This document shows positions 24,946 to 41,389 of a DNA stretch of 64,000 nt, one piece after another (the stretch's first letter is position 1; each line of letters starts with the position of its first letter). The stretch lies in assembly GCF_009914755.1 (NCBI RefSeq), contig NC_060932.1; one strand, written 5' to 3'. This DNA is from the human T2T-CHM13v2.0 reference genome, Homo sapiens. Below the pieces are notes generated by a model, which was given only the letters and a program-made list of their open reading frames with translations, had not been told where the DNA came from and did not search any database. The translations under genes and the position numbers were made by a program.

Positions 24946-25279
24946 TGAGTAGCTGGGACTACAGGCGCCCACCACCATGCTCGGCTAATTTTTTTGTATT
25001 TTTTAGTAGAGATGGGGTTTCACCGTGTTAGCCAGGATGGTCTCGATCTCTTGACCTCATGATCCACCTACCTTGGCCTCCCAAAATGCTGGGATTACAG
25101 GCGTGAGCCACCGTGCCCGGCCTAATTTTTTTTGTTTTTTTGTTTGTTTGTTTTTTGTTTTTTAGAGACAGGATTTCACTGTGTTGGCCAGGCTGGTGTC
25201 AAATTCCTGGCCTAAAGTGATCACCCACTTTCATCTCCCAAAGTGCTAGGATTACAGGCATGAGCTACAATGCCTGGCT

Positions 25280-25312
<33 letters not shown>

Positions 25313-27683
25313 GATTTTTAGTGGAGATGGGATTTCACCATGTTGGCTAGGCTGGTCTCGAACTCCTGGCCTCAAGTGATCTCCCCACTTTGGCCTCCCA
25401 AAGTGCTGGGATCACAGGTATGAGCCACTGCACCCGGCCTAGAATTTAGGTTGATGAAAAATTCTTACTTTCATGTCCTGTCAGGTAGATATATGACTTT
25501 TTAAATTTTTCTTACGATTCCTTGTATACAGCAGGTAATCATAGCTGTGAAAAATAAGGATAAGAATCCAAATTGTGTTGTATTTAAGCTTCATCAGAAT
25601 AGATGGTACCTTAGATGCGGAATATAATTGTCATTTATAAGCTTAAATTTCTAGTTGTGCAACATTTACTTTGGCTAGTTTTATCTGGATTATATTTTGA
25701 GAGTACTAGAGACCTCAGGCTTAATTTATAGAAGATCTTTAGGCAAGCGGAATAGAATATGGCAGGATAAAGCTGTGAAAGTAAGTTGTATGCTGTGAAA
25801 ATGACCTTTTATATCTAGTCTGGAAAAGTCTAAGTAATCAAATATGTGCAGAAGTCCCGATGGTCTTTGAGTATTAGACTTGCTATCTTTCTGAGCAAAC
25901 ATCATCTTTGAGTGAATGCTAGTTGTACAGGAGGAAAGTAATGAACCAGAAGTCAAGAGTTTGGGTGATTCTTATAGTTTGGCAAGAGGTAACTTATGTG
26001 ACCTGTTGAGAAATTATCTAACTCTTAGTTTCTGTTTCCACCTCTGCAAAAATGAAGAGGTATGACTGAATAGTGGCGAATGTCCTACTCAGACCAAAAG
26101 TTTAGCATTTCTTCTTTCTCTAGTCTCACAGTTGCCCATAAATTGACTTGAAATCTCACATTGTGATCACATAGTAGCCTTTAAAATATATTTATATCAA
26201 TGTCTGGGTTTGGCTCTCTTGAGTTTCTAATTTTTAATTTGTTGGGGTAGTATCTCATAATAGAGAGTTGTTTAAAAAACAAACAAACAAAAAAACACAA
26301 AAACTCCCCTGCTGATTCTTACTTGCAAATTAGTTAAAGACCACTGCTTTAGCAACATAGAAGGTTGAGGGCAGCTTAATGTAAAGTAATAGTTCAGGCT
26401 CCCATTATTTTTAAAATGATGAAATATGATGGTGACGGAAATAGCAAGAATGAAGTAATGTTACAGCATTTTTATGGTTTATGAAGTAATTTGATATGTT
26501 AAGTCACTGAAGCTGAAGAGCAGTTCTGTGAAACTAGGAAAGTGCTGATCACCCCCCAGTAAGCAAATGAAGGAATTAAGTGATTTAAGCTTGCTGTGCT
26601 AATTATAGACAGAGTCTGGGACTGGAGGCACATCTGACTCCATTCCTATTAAGCTATCTGTTAGGATTATGTATGATAGATAATCTCAAAGACTTTTAGT
26701 CCCTTCTATTATGTGTTTAATTACCCTTGAAATGGGACAATTACCAACTCAGAAAGATGAATAAAGGTTAATAATCCAAAGTTGCAAGTCTATATTACTC
26801 TTTAGGCTGATGACTTTTAAAAAATTCCCTATATATTTTCAATTATGAGTTTTAATTATATTAAACTATATATTATGTAAAATGAATTGTGTAATAAAAA
26901 TTTTTAATAATGGCCACCAATTGAGGTAGAAAACAGAGTGGGTGGGAACAGGGTGAAACTAATTGCATAATATGGTAATGACTCAAGTTGTCACATAAAG
27001 TTGGGTGTTTACTTGGCTGGTGTTCCTTGGAGGTTATGGTTGCAGATATACCGGAAGACCCACTCATCAATTTTCTCCCTTGTGTTAATGGTGATTGATT
27101 TAATTTTTATGTATCTCTTCCAACGTCCGCCACCCCCATTTTTTAAAAGGCAGGAAAATATAACCCATGGGCACTCTAGTACTTTGATTTGCTGTAGTAC
27201 TGCTGTGCTATTCCTCATGCTCCTATATATAGGTAGAACAGTCTATTCTTTGGTGCAATCACTTTGGATACTTCTGGTCTCTGTGGCTGTGGTTCCCTTT
27301 AGTTCTTTGTATACGTGCCTCTTCATGCCTTAGTGTTCTTGGTAGCTAGCCGGTGAATCATCAGAGAGCTGGGCCTCGGAAGTGGTGCTTTGCGGTGGAG
27401 TTGACATGAGGCTTACTTCTGTCCTTCTCTTAAGAATCTCAGGGATGTGAGGAAGCCCTGTATGTAATTCTGCACTAATCTCACTGCCTTTCAACTTTTG
27501 GCTTTCGTGGAAATGTGAGACAGAACTGCTGTGGTGTTTTCACCTGTCTTAGGAAAGACAGCTCTGAGAAGTATAAGAAAGGTTGCCTTGAGAAATTCTG
27601 TTTCCTTAAGTAACTAATGTTTTTATAGTAAGTATTCAACATTGTCTATTCCTATTGGTTCACTGTGCTTTCTCTCCCTTTAG

Positions 27684-27834
27684 CCCCCCAGGTTCGCCTA
27701 ATAGTCTTGGCTACTTCCCTACAGCTGCTAATCTTAGCGGTGTCCCTCCACAGCCTGGCACGGTGGTCAGAATGCAGGGCCTGGCCTACAATACTGGAGT
27801 TAAGGAAATTCTTAACTTCTTCCAAGGTTACCAG
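27684..27834 (+). CDS. ESRP1: ESRP1 coding exon 14 (151 nt, cassette)
   Basis: tctctccctttAG acceptor, CAG|GTCAGT donor; (S)[50 protein letters not shown]; phase fits exon 13. Confidence 0.95.
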
Positions 27835-29300
27835 GTCAGTAGCTTGAAGGAGAATAATCCTCAGTGCCCTTATTACTTAAGTTGATTTGCCTAAAGAATG
27901 CAGCCAGGAAAGAAACAGATTCTATGAAACTCGTGTGTGTATATATGCTAATGGATTTGCTTATGGAAACAAATAGATCTGGAGTCACTGTGGGGACCAA
28001 CTTCAGACTCATCCCCTTGTCAGAAATTAAGGCTTTTTCCATGCTGTCTTAAGTCTTCCAACTTAATCTGTTGGTTATTTTTTGAAAAGTGAGCTACTTT
28101 GGGAAAGCTCTTTAGGACATGCAGCAGTATGAGTGTTTACATCTAGAATAGGATTGGCTAAGGGGTTTTATTCAAAGTGAAGTGTCAAATCCTTGACTAA
28201 ACCAATAAGTACTTAAACATGGGTTTTAAAGGTGAGTATTTAAACATGGCCAGAGGCCTCTGGATAACCTGGAAAAAAAAAATTGCCTAACTCCTAGGAC
28301 ACTCATGAGTCTTTAGGTGGTAACACCTTAGAATGAGCTCTCAGGTGTTGGGCGAGCCTTTCATGTTTATTCTCGTGACTAATGTTTGCTCTTGGCAGTT
28401 TTTTTCTACCCCAGTCTGTGTCCATCAGCTGTTTTCTCACATATGCTAAAGAATGAGATGATTTTTAGTAAGAGTTCTTTAACAGTGAACATTGCCATTC
28501 CATCTAAGCAGATAGCTTTCTTTCCTCAAGTCACATAATTACCTAAGTCTTAAATTCCTTCTTTCCTGCCATTTCTAAAAAATAAGTAACTTATAGTCTT
28601 TTTATTGTACTAATAGCAAAAATTGTCCTCTTTCCTCCTGGATCTGAACGTTGCTTGAGTCTTTGGAGTGGAGAAGCTGTTTTCGGAATAATAGTCACAT
28701 TCTAAAATAGCCCTTGAGCATTTTCAGTACAGCATTACAAGGGTTGTGTCTGTAGAGGCTATTTGGTGATTAGAATGGGTTTACGAGCTTGGCATCTGTG
28801 AGTCATGGAGGACTGTGATCTCAGCTAAAATTATCTCAGGGGCGATGCTACCAGCCCAAACCTACCAAGTGGCTGTCATTTTCTCAGGGGCTTTTAAACA
28901 TATGAAGGACACTTTCTGACAAAATCTATGGCTGATAGTGAAAAGCTGAAGGAAGGTGGAGGTCAGTAGATACTCACTCCTCCCTAAGCAATTTTGCTGC
29001 CTTTGGAAGACTTTGAAAGGGGTTAAAAAGTTACTTTTTAAACTTCCTATCTGATTCATTAGATTATAAAAGGAAGATTTTACTAAAAGCTTATTGAAAA
29101 GGTTGCTTATTATGGAGAAAACATTTTGACTTGTGTATTTTATTTTTTCCATTGTTTTCCAAGTGAAGAAAGTTCAAAGAAAGTTTCAGGTTTTAGTACT
29201 CAGCTGAATTAATTTCTTTTTCATTTGTTTGACTAACAAACTTTTACATTCACACTGAATAGAATTAGGTTGCCTTACATATAAATTAGTAATGAGATTA

Positions 29301-29501
<201 letters not shown>

Positions 29502-30335
29502 TCAGGAGGCTGAGGCAGGAGAATCGCTTCAACCCAGGAGGCTGAGGTTACAGTGAGCCAAGATCACTGCACTGCACTCCAGCCTGGGTGACAGAACGAG
29601 ACTCTGTTTCAGAAAAAAAGTGTCATGCCTGGCATTGTGGGTATTTATTTTACCACAACCATGCAATCGGGATTATTTCTATGTTTATGACTAAAAGATT
29701 CACATTCTTCAAAATTTAGATAACATAACTTCAGTCTGTAGCAGTTTTTCTTTGTAGTAACTTCTTAGAACCATTCAAGGTTGGAATAGAGTTGTCTAGT
29801 ATAACCAGAAACATAACGATTGTGCAATATTATTTCATCTCAAGGCATTTGGCCTTCATTTCTGAAGTGCTTGGAATTTATGAACTGGAGCAGTGAGTTA
29901 GGATTACATAGGAACTTCGGTTATCTAATTCAACGTATCAAATTATTCTGATATCTTCTTCAGTAATTTGAGCTTTGAGGCAGTCATAATGCATGCACTC
30001 AAAAATCTTTATACCTAACCCAAGTTTGTATCATTCTTACATAAAACGTGTATTTTCTACCGTCTTGAAGAGTACATGCCTTCTTGTTTCGTGTTCTCAG
30101 TTGAATTCACTATGGGGTTCCATCTTCTTTAGATTTGGCAACCAAGATGATAAAATCAGTGGATGACATTTTTTGAAAACTGTTCACTTAAGTGTAATCT
30201 GTGTTTACCTAGAGTGCATGTATTGGCTGTTGCTGGCTTAATGGGAGGTTTTAATTTTACTTCTAGTTATTTTATATATAATTATATAATAACTACATAA
30301 CTAAGCAAATATCCAGGCAATAATTGGTTGAGTAA

Positions 30336-30654
<319 letters not shown>

Positions 30655-30872
30655 TGAGCCACCGCAGCTAGCCTATTTTTCTTTTCTATCTGTTCTGAAG
30701 CTGAAGAAATTTGATGGTCTCTGATCAAATATAATTTTTTTATGTATTTTCCTCCAACCTTTAACAAAATTTCTTACATAAAACTACTCTAGGCCAGGCA
30801 CAGTGGTTCACACCTGTAATCCCAGCAGTTTGGGAGGCTGAGGCAGGTGGATCACCTGAGGCCAGGAGTTCA

Positions 30873-31115
<243 letters not shown>

Positions 31116-31862
31116 TCATCTGGGGTGGAGGTAAAGCCACAAAGACCAAGGATTTACAAACTACCATGAAAATACTTGGTAATGAGGATGTCATTCTGGT
31201 CCATAAACGTGTGTATATTTTAGATGATGTGTTTTCATACTGAATGGACTCTCAGGTATCCTTACATAAGTCCTTTAACATTTTCATTTGCTCTTTGTAC
31301 TACCCTTTACCATCAATGCCTTTTACATTTTCAATAGATGCTAGTTTTTGTTTCTCTTCAAGTACTGATTATTGTTTCTTTGGACCTCTCACTACTTGCT
31401 GCCCTGCTGAGAGAATTAGACTGATATTACAAATACATCTAACACTATCTAAAATTCACTGCATTGTTTGGAGATACTGGGTATTGGGCTTATTGTACAA
31501 TCCCTTGCAAATAACTAGTGCTCAAATATTTGATATGTAATCATACTTGCAGTAGCATGAAAACAGTACTAGGCAAGATCTGAAGAAATTGGCCTCCTAA
31601 GTTCTTGTGGTATGGTGTTTTGTATGTGTGTGTAATCCATGTTTTCAATCTAATGTCCATCCTAGAAGGGACTTTTATGGTATTTAAACATGTTAAGAAA
31701 TAAAGATTTGGGTTAGTAGATATGTATATGGCTTGTACCTGTGTTTGTTTCCTCCTATCTAAATGTCCTATACTTTTGTTGGTAGATCTATTTAGCTGAA
31801 ATATTATCCATAGTGACAGTTTGTCCGTCTTTTGATCTTGTTTGTTTTAACTTGCATTTTAG

Positions 31863-31937
31863 TATGCAACCGAGGATGGACTTATACACACAAATGACCA
31901 GGCCAGGACTCTACCCAAAGAATGGGTTTGTATTTAA
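31863..31937 (+). CDS. ESRP1: ESRP1 exon 15 coding part (YATEDGLIHTNDQARTLPKEWVCI*); exon extends to 31972
   Basis: gcattttAG acceptor; TAA at 31935-31937; donor AAG|GTAAGG at 31973; the KEWVCI ending is the ESRP-family C-terminus. Not in the ORF track (too short). Confidence 0.93.
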   Translation, partial: YATEDGLIHTNDQARTLPKEWVCI

Positions 31938-32255
31938 GGGCCCCAGCAGTTAGAACATCCTCAGAAAAGAAGGTAAGGCTTTATGATGTGCAAGTTAAAT
32001 TATAAAGGGCCAAACAGAGATCAAGATTCTGAAGGCATTTAGAAATCAACTGAGAGAATCCTTCTTTTCTTTAGTGTAATGTAAAATATCAGATATCCTG
32101 GAAGGAATGGAGACTAGAATTAAGTTTGTCATCTAGGTACATAGAATCTAAGCAACATTAATGGATGAGAGTTGTTTGTTACTGTGGGGCAAGGGAAAAC
32201 TTTTCCCTTTGGACATTAATTTACTATCTCTCATGTGGAGTACAAGTTGGGTATT

Positions 32256-33410
32256 CTTTTTTTTAATTGAGGTAAAAATTACATAACATAAAATTAACCA
32301 TTTTAAACTCATTTACAACTCAGTGGTTTTTAGTATATTCACAAAATCGTGCAACTACTACCTCAGTTTAGTTCTAAAACATTTTTGTCACTCCCTGTTT
32401 TCTCTCCCAATAGCTCCTGGCAACTAATCTGCTTTCTGTCTCTATGGATTTGGCTATTCTGGATATTTCATGTAAATGGAATCATACATGTGACCTTTTC
32501 TGTGTTTGTCTTTTTAGGTTCACCCTTGTAGCACGTGTTAATGCTTCATTTGTTTTTATGACTGAATAACATTTCATTGCATGGACATACGACATTTTAT
32601 TTATCCACTGATGGACATTTTAATTGTTTGCACTTTCTGGCTATTGTGAATGGTGCTGATGTGAGCACTCATGTATAATTATTTGAATATCTGTTTTTAA
32701 TTATCTTTGGTGTGTACCCAGGAGTATAATCACTGAGTCATGTAGTGATTCTTTTGGATTGGGTATACTTTTTCCTGTTTCTTCTTTTATGTTTTATTTT
32801 TATTTTTTTTGAGACAGAGTCTTACACTGTTGCCCGGGCTGGAGTGCAATGGCATAATCTCAGCTCACTGCAACCTCTGCTCCTGGGTTCAGGTGATTCT
32901 CCTGCCTCAGCCTCCCGAGTAGCTGGGATTACAGGCACCTGCCACCATGCCTGGCTTTTTTTTTGTATTTTTTAGTAGAGACAGGGTTTCACTATGTTGG
33001 CCAGGCTGGTCTTGAACTCCTGACCCTGTGATCTGCCCACCTCAGCCTTCCAAAGTGCTGGGATTATAGGCGTGAGCCACCGTGCCCAGCCTGTTTCCTC
33101 TTTTAAAAAGATTGTTGTAAAATATACACAACAAAACTTAACAATTTTAAAGTGTCCAGTAGCATTAAGTGTACATTCACATTATTGTGCAGCCAGGTAC
33201 CGCCGTCCAGCTCCAGAACTTTCTCATTTTCTCAAACTAACATTCTGTATACATGAAACAAGAATTCTCCATTCCTCCTTCTCCCCAGCCTATGGTAACT
33301 ACCATTCTACTTTGTCTCTGTGAATGTGACTATTCTAGGTAGTCCTTCCTAAGCAGACTGATTTGTCCTTCGGTAACTGGCTTATTTATTTCACTTAGCA
33401 TTATGTGTTT
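32256..33410 (-). mobile_element. Old L1 3'-end fragments with an inserted antisense Alu (~32785-33091)
   Basis: TTTTAATTGAGGTAAAA..ACATAACATAAAATTAACC, CTGGATATTTCATGTAAATGGAATCATAC, GGTAACTACCATTCTACTTTGTCTCTG. Confidence 0.75.
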
Positions 33411-35199
33411 AAGTAGATTTGGGCATACGTTTAAATGTGCTTTAATCCAAAATGATTGGAAAGTTTTTGTTGCGTGTCTTTTTCCTTTTCTAGAACTAAA
33501 TGTAGACAAAAGGAACCCTGATAATTTTCTTTGAAAATAGTCTTCCAGATTAATGTTTTCTCCTCAGTCCCCATTAATCCACAATCTTTTCTTAAAGGAT
33601 ACTGGCATTCTTTGAGGCTTCTTGGGAGATGTAGTTGTAGGGATGTATTTGGGAATTGATACTGGTTTTTCATCATTTTTGAGTTGAGTTTTCTGAAGCT
33701 GGCATGCTGGCATGTCATTTTCCAATTCTATTAACATTTTCATGGCTGAGGACCCTGTGGGTTTTAATAATGTGGATTCTAAACTGGAAATGAGGTTGCC
33801 AATACTTTGTCATCATTGAGAAATAAGAATTTGCATCTTAGCCCTTTGCTCTGAAGTGTGGAAACCCCAGTTCTAAGTTGGAAGTGAAGATTTTTTTCAG
33901 ATCTGTCATTTTCGGTGAGGTTTCAGTATATCTTGGTCCTACCAAGGAGTGTCACGTACGAATGCTTTGCGGTGGTAATGGGTGTTCTCTAGTCTTTGTC
34001 TCAGTGGTGAGAACACATTGTTCTAGCCTGTTGATATCCATTTTGGTCCATATTTTCTTTTCACATGTTCATTGTTGAACACCATGTTGTTTATGAATTT
34101 GATTAACACATAGTCTATATTTTTAAATAAGTATACTGAATAAGAAATGACTGGAAATGGAAGCTTTTGACATTACACCAGAAATGTCCTAAACTGACTA
34201 CGAACCATTACTCACCACCTCTAGTTTTCTACCCTGTGTTTATATATTTGCAGTCATGACAGAATAACAGATCGGGCGCTGTGTTCAAATCCAGATGTCT
34301 GCATCTTTTCATCATAATAAAGTCAGGTTAATGTGCCTCTCTATTGCAAATTTTTAAAAATACAGATCTGGCTAAGAGCAGTGGCTCATGCCTGTAATCA
34401 CAGCACCTGGGGAGACTCAGGTGGGCAGATCACTTAAGCCCTAGAAATTTGAGACCAGCCTGGGCAACATGGCAAAACCCTGTCACTACGAAAAAAAATA
34501 CAGAAAATTACCTAGGTGTGGTGGCATTTACCTCCGGCTACTCCGGAGGCTGAGGTAGGAGGGTCAATTGAGTCCAGGAGGTCAAGGTTGCAGTGAGCCA
34601 TGATTGTACCACTGCAGTCCAGCCTGGGTGACAAAGAGCAAGACCCTGTCTCAAAACAAAAAAAGCATAGATTACTGTGTGAAATACTTGGCATAATTTA
34701 TCTTATTTAATTATCTTACCAACTCTAGGAGATAGGATTATAAAAGTATTGGGTGCTCATTGCAAAGAATTTGGAACAGAGAGACAGGTATAAAGAAGTC
34801 ACTAATAATCTCACCACCCAGAAACAAGCATAATAAATACTTCCTTTCATCCTCTCATACCCTCATGCAATTTTGAACCTTGTTTCTTTCCCCTTAACCT
34901 TGCATTGTTTTATATATATATTTTTTACCGCCTCCTTATCAATATCAAATTCATTATCATAACCGAGTGGCTCATGTTCTTATAAGTACTTATATCCACA
35001 GTTTCATTTGAGACCCACCATAACCCTGCAAAGAGGCATCATGGGCCCATTTGACAGATGAGGAAATGAAACCCAGAGAGGTTAGGCAACTTACACAAGT
35101 CATACAGCTAATGATCAAGCTAACAAAAAGATCCAGGCCTTCTGCCTTCACTCTGAGGACGCTTTTCTGTTAACCAAACTGTAGCATGGCAAAGTGCTT

Positions 35200-35635
35200 C
35201 CAGTGGACTGCATGGTGGCTACCGAGATACGTCCACATCCTGATCCCTGGAACCTGTGACTATTACCTTCTATGGAAAAAGCTGTAATGAGGTTCTTGAG
35301 AGGAAAATAGATCATGAATTATCTGGGTGGTCCCTAGATACAATCACTCGTGTAAGAAAGAGGCAGAGGGAAATCAGACAGAGACACATACAGAAGAGGA
35401 GGCAGCAATGTGACGAGGGAGGCAGAGATGAGAGAGCTGTTGACACAGCCCAGGAGTGTTCCCAGCTACCAGCAGCTGGAAGAGGCAAGGACCTGACTGC
35501 TCCCTGGAGCCTCCAGAGGATGCACAGCCGCACTGACACAGTTTCTCATTCCTGGCCTCCAGAATTGTTAGAGAATGAATACCTCTTATTTTATGCCACC
35601 CAATTTATGGTAACAGCAGTGACAGGAAACTAACA
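35200..35635 (+). mobile_element. MaLR solo LTR (MLT1-type)
   Basis: GTCCACATCCTGATCCCTGGAACCTGTGA, CCAGCAGCTGGAAGAGGCAAGGA, TGGCCTCCAGAA, ends ACAGGAAACTAACA. Confidence 0.8.
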
Positions 35636-35753
35636 GTATTTTTAAAAATATGTTAAGAGGGCCGGGTGTAGTGGCTCACGCCTGTAATCCCAGCACTTTG
35701 GGAGGCTGAGGCGGGCGGATCACGAGGTCAGGAGATCGAGACCGTCCTGGCTA

Positions 35754-36328
<575 letters not shown>

Positions 36329-36957
36329 CTATAGGATCAGGTAAAGAAAGCTAACACCCACAGCGAGGTCTGGTAAAGAAGTCACACTATTCTGTCTTCT
36401 CTTGCCTTGTCCCATCAACCCAGCCAACACACGTTGACTATCCCACTGAATCAGTGGAGATATGCTTCATTTAACCATTCAAGATGCCCACAAGCCTTTC
36501 TGGGAAGGAGATTGGGTGTCGGGCTGGAAGAAATGCTTCCTCAGATCGCCAGAAAGGGTGTTTTTCTCCAGTTACTGTTACATTCCAAGTTGCTTTCTTC
36601 TTTTTCTTTTTCTTTTTTTTTTCTTTTTTTTGTCCCCATAGAGACAAGGTCTCACTATGTTGCCCCAGTCTGGTCTTGAACTTCTGGGTTCAAGCTGTCT
36701 CTCTGCCACAGCCTTCCAAAGGGCTGGGATACCGGCATGAGCCACTGTGCCTGGCCAAGTTCCAAGTTTCGTATCTGTTAGGTCTCAAAGGCAATGTCAG
36801 CCCCCAAATTTAAATCTATTAATGATATTTTGGCTTGTACATGGTAGCTTATGCCTGTGCATGGAAGATTGCTTGAGCCTGGAAGTTCAAGAATAGCCTG
36901 GGCAATGTGGTGAGACCTCGTCTCTACAAAAAATTAAAAGATAGCCAGGTGTCGTCA

Positions 36958-37101
<144 letters not shown>

Positions 37102-38077
37102 TTACAAACTAAAGTTTTATATTAATACATAACTTTTGCTGTCATGATTATAATAATCATAGGGACATAGGGTTTTTTTGTGTTTTTCTGAGATGGAATC
37201 TCACTCTGTCACCCAGGCTGGAGTGTAGTACTTAGATCAGTGTTATCTTTCCCTTTTTTGTTATTGGACTGTCAGCCTTAAGCAACAGGGCTTTGCTTTT
37301 TTGATAGGTGTGTTTTCTAGGCCTTCCATAGGATCTGTTCTAAAGAGTTCAGATTACATAAACTTTCTAAATAATGAGAAATTCCTACTGAGAAATTTTA
37401 TGCAAAAATAACACAGTATTTACCTCTGTCTGGACGGTTACCAGTTAATTACATGAAAAAATATAAAAACTGTATTTGATCATTTTGTAACTTTATGTTG
37501 CAAGTTCTTGTGTAAGATGATTAAAAAGAACAAACTTTTTATAAGATCTTATTTTTTCCATTTAGATAATCTGAGTCCAGAATAACAGTAAAAACACATA
37601 GGAAGTACTTATAGTTTCCTGAGTAGCTGGGACTACAGGCGCACACCACCATGCCTAGCTAATTTTTTGTATTTTTAGTAGAGATGGGGTTTCACCATGT
37701 TAGCCAGGATGGTCTCAATCTCCTGACCTCGTGATCCGCCTGCCTCGGCCTCCCAAAGTGCTGGGATTATAGGTGTGAGCCGCCACGCCCAGCCTTCAAG
37801 TGAGCCTTTTACCTTAGCCTCCCTGGTAGCTGAGATTATAGGTGTTCTCCACCATGCCTGGCTGTAGAATTGCAGGGTTTTTAAGGGATTATAGGTTCAT
37901 TCTGTAGCATATAGCACCAGTGGTGAAATCCAGATATCTTTAAAGACTTCTTTGTATGTAATACTTTAATGACAGTGTATTACAAAATAAAAACATGTTT
38001 TAACACAGATCTTATTTGAAAGGGAAATCAGATTTGTAAATGTCTGCAGTTGTAATTCTCAACTTTGTTTGCTATAG

Positions 38078-39257
<1,180 letters not shown>

Positions 39258-40407
39258 TTAGACATTTCATACTGGCCATACGAAATAAGACTGAAGTCTA
39301 AAACATTCCTGTTTTTCATTTACATGTCAAAGTATGCATAATGGCCATGTGTGGTGGCTCACACATGTAATCTCAGCACTTTACAGTACTTTAGAATGCC
39401 AGGCAAGAGGAACACTTGAGGCTGAGTTTGAGACTAGCCTGGACGACATAGGGAGACCCCATCTCTAAAATATATATATATCTCTTTTATTTAGCCTAGG
39501 GCCAGGTGTTGTGACTCACACCTGTAATCTCAGCACTTTGAGAGGTCAAGGCAGGAGGACTGCTCGAGGCCTGGAGTTTGAGACCAGACTGGTCAGGATG
39601 GTGAGAATCTGTCTTTACAAACAATTTGAAAATTAGCTGGATATAGTGGTGTGCCTGTAGTCCCAGCTGTTCAGGAGGCCGAGGTGGAGGATACCTTGAG
39701 CCCAGGAATTTGGGGCAGCAACGAGCTCTGATCTCACCACTGTACTCCAGCCTGGGTGACAATGCAAGGCACCATCTCTTTTTGGAAAAAAAAAAAAAAA
39801 AAAACTGCAGTGAGCTATGATTGGATCATATCACTCCATACTCCATCCTGGGTGATGGAGCTAGACCCTGTTTCAAAACAATATATAATGCCTACTAAAA
39901 GTTCTTATTTTAAGGTTGTATGGTATATAAGTAAAATAACATAGTGGGACCAATCTGTATTAGTTTAAATCCTGCATCTGCCCATTACTAACTTAATCAT
40001 TCTGTGCTTCAGTTTTTCCTTCTCTAAAATGGGGATAACAAGGTAATCTAAAAGGTTGTATGTGGGGATGAAATAAATTTATCCATGATCCATATAAAGG
40101 TGCTAATCATCAACTAGTCACAGGCATATAGAGCCCATATGTTTGCTGTTATGTCATGCCTTATTGCTTTTTTTTTTTTTTTTTTGAGACAGAGTCTCCC
40201 TCTGTTGCCCAGGCTGGAGTGCAATGGCATGACCTTGGCTCACTGTAACCTCCACCTCCCAGGTTAAAGCAATTCTCCTGCCTCAGCCTCCCACATAGCT
40301 GGGAATATAGGCACACACCACTACGCCCAGCTAATTTTTGTATTTTTAGTAGAGATGGGGTTTCACCATGTTGGCCAGGCTGATCTCAGACTCCTGACTT
40401 CATGTGA

Positions 40408-40518
<111 letters not shown>

Positions 40519-40920
40519 TAGAATTTAACTTTAAAATTTTGTCTAAATTGTTTTGTTTATTTTGGTAATGATATTGAACCTCTAAGGAATGAATGAAATA
40601 GTCTCTCCAGAAAGGAGCTGAGCTGAGCAGGGGGTCGGAAACCATACATGTTAAACTAAACACATGATACTACAAAGGGCAGGAGTGGTGCAGAACGCCA
40701 ACTACTGTGTAAACCATGGAAACTTCCTTGGCTAGTGCTGTACTCCCAAAGCCCTTGCCATGTAAATGCCAACTATGTCTGTGTGAAATAATAACTTGGA
40801 CCATCTTAAGGCTTTTTTTCCACAAAGTCCTTGTGGAATTTGAAATCATTTTTGTGGCTGCTGAGAATGACATTTAGAGACTATAACATTTCCTTTTATT
40901 CACTTTTTTTTTTTTTTCAG

Positions 40921-40941
40921 TGTTTGAAAGATGTATGGTGA
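40921..40941 (+). CDS. ESRP1: ESRP1 exon 16 alternative C-terminus (CLKDVW*) used when exon 15 is skipped
   Basis: Long T tract plus CAG at 40918-40920; TGT TTG AAA GAT GTA TGG TGA in phase with the exon 14 donor. Confidence 0.8.
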   Translation, partial: CLKDVW

Positions 40942-41389
40942 TCTTGAAACCTCCAGACACAAGAAAACTTCTAGCAAATTCAGGGGAAGTTTGTCTACAC
41001 TCAGGCTGCAGTATTTTCAGCAAACTTGATTGGACAAACGGGCCTGTGCCTTATCTTTTGGTGGAGTGAAAAAATTTGAGCCAGTGAAGCCAAATCGTAA
41101 CTTACAGCAAGCAGCATGCAGCATACCTGGCTCTTTGCTGATTGCAAATAGGCATTTAAAATGTGAATTTGGAATCAGATGTCTCCATTACTTCCAGTTA
41201 AAGTGGCATCATAGGCGTTTCCTAAGTTTTAAGTCTTGGATAAAAACTCCACCAGTGTCTACCATCTCCACCATGAACTCTGTTAAGGAAGCTTCATTTT
41301 CGTATATTCCCGCTCTTTTCTCTTCATTTCCCTGTCTTCTGCATAATCATGCCTTCTTGCTAAGTAATTCAAGCATAAGATCTTGGAAT

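Noticed and set aside
35256-35633. 125-aa ORF in intron 15
   Set aside because: Lies wholly within an MLT1-type LTR.
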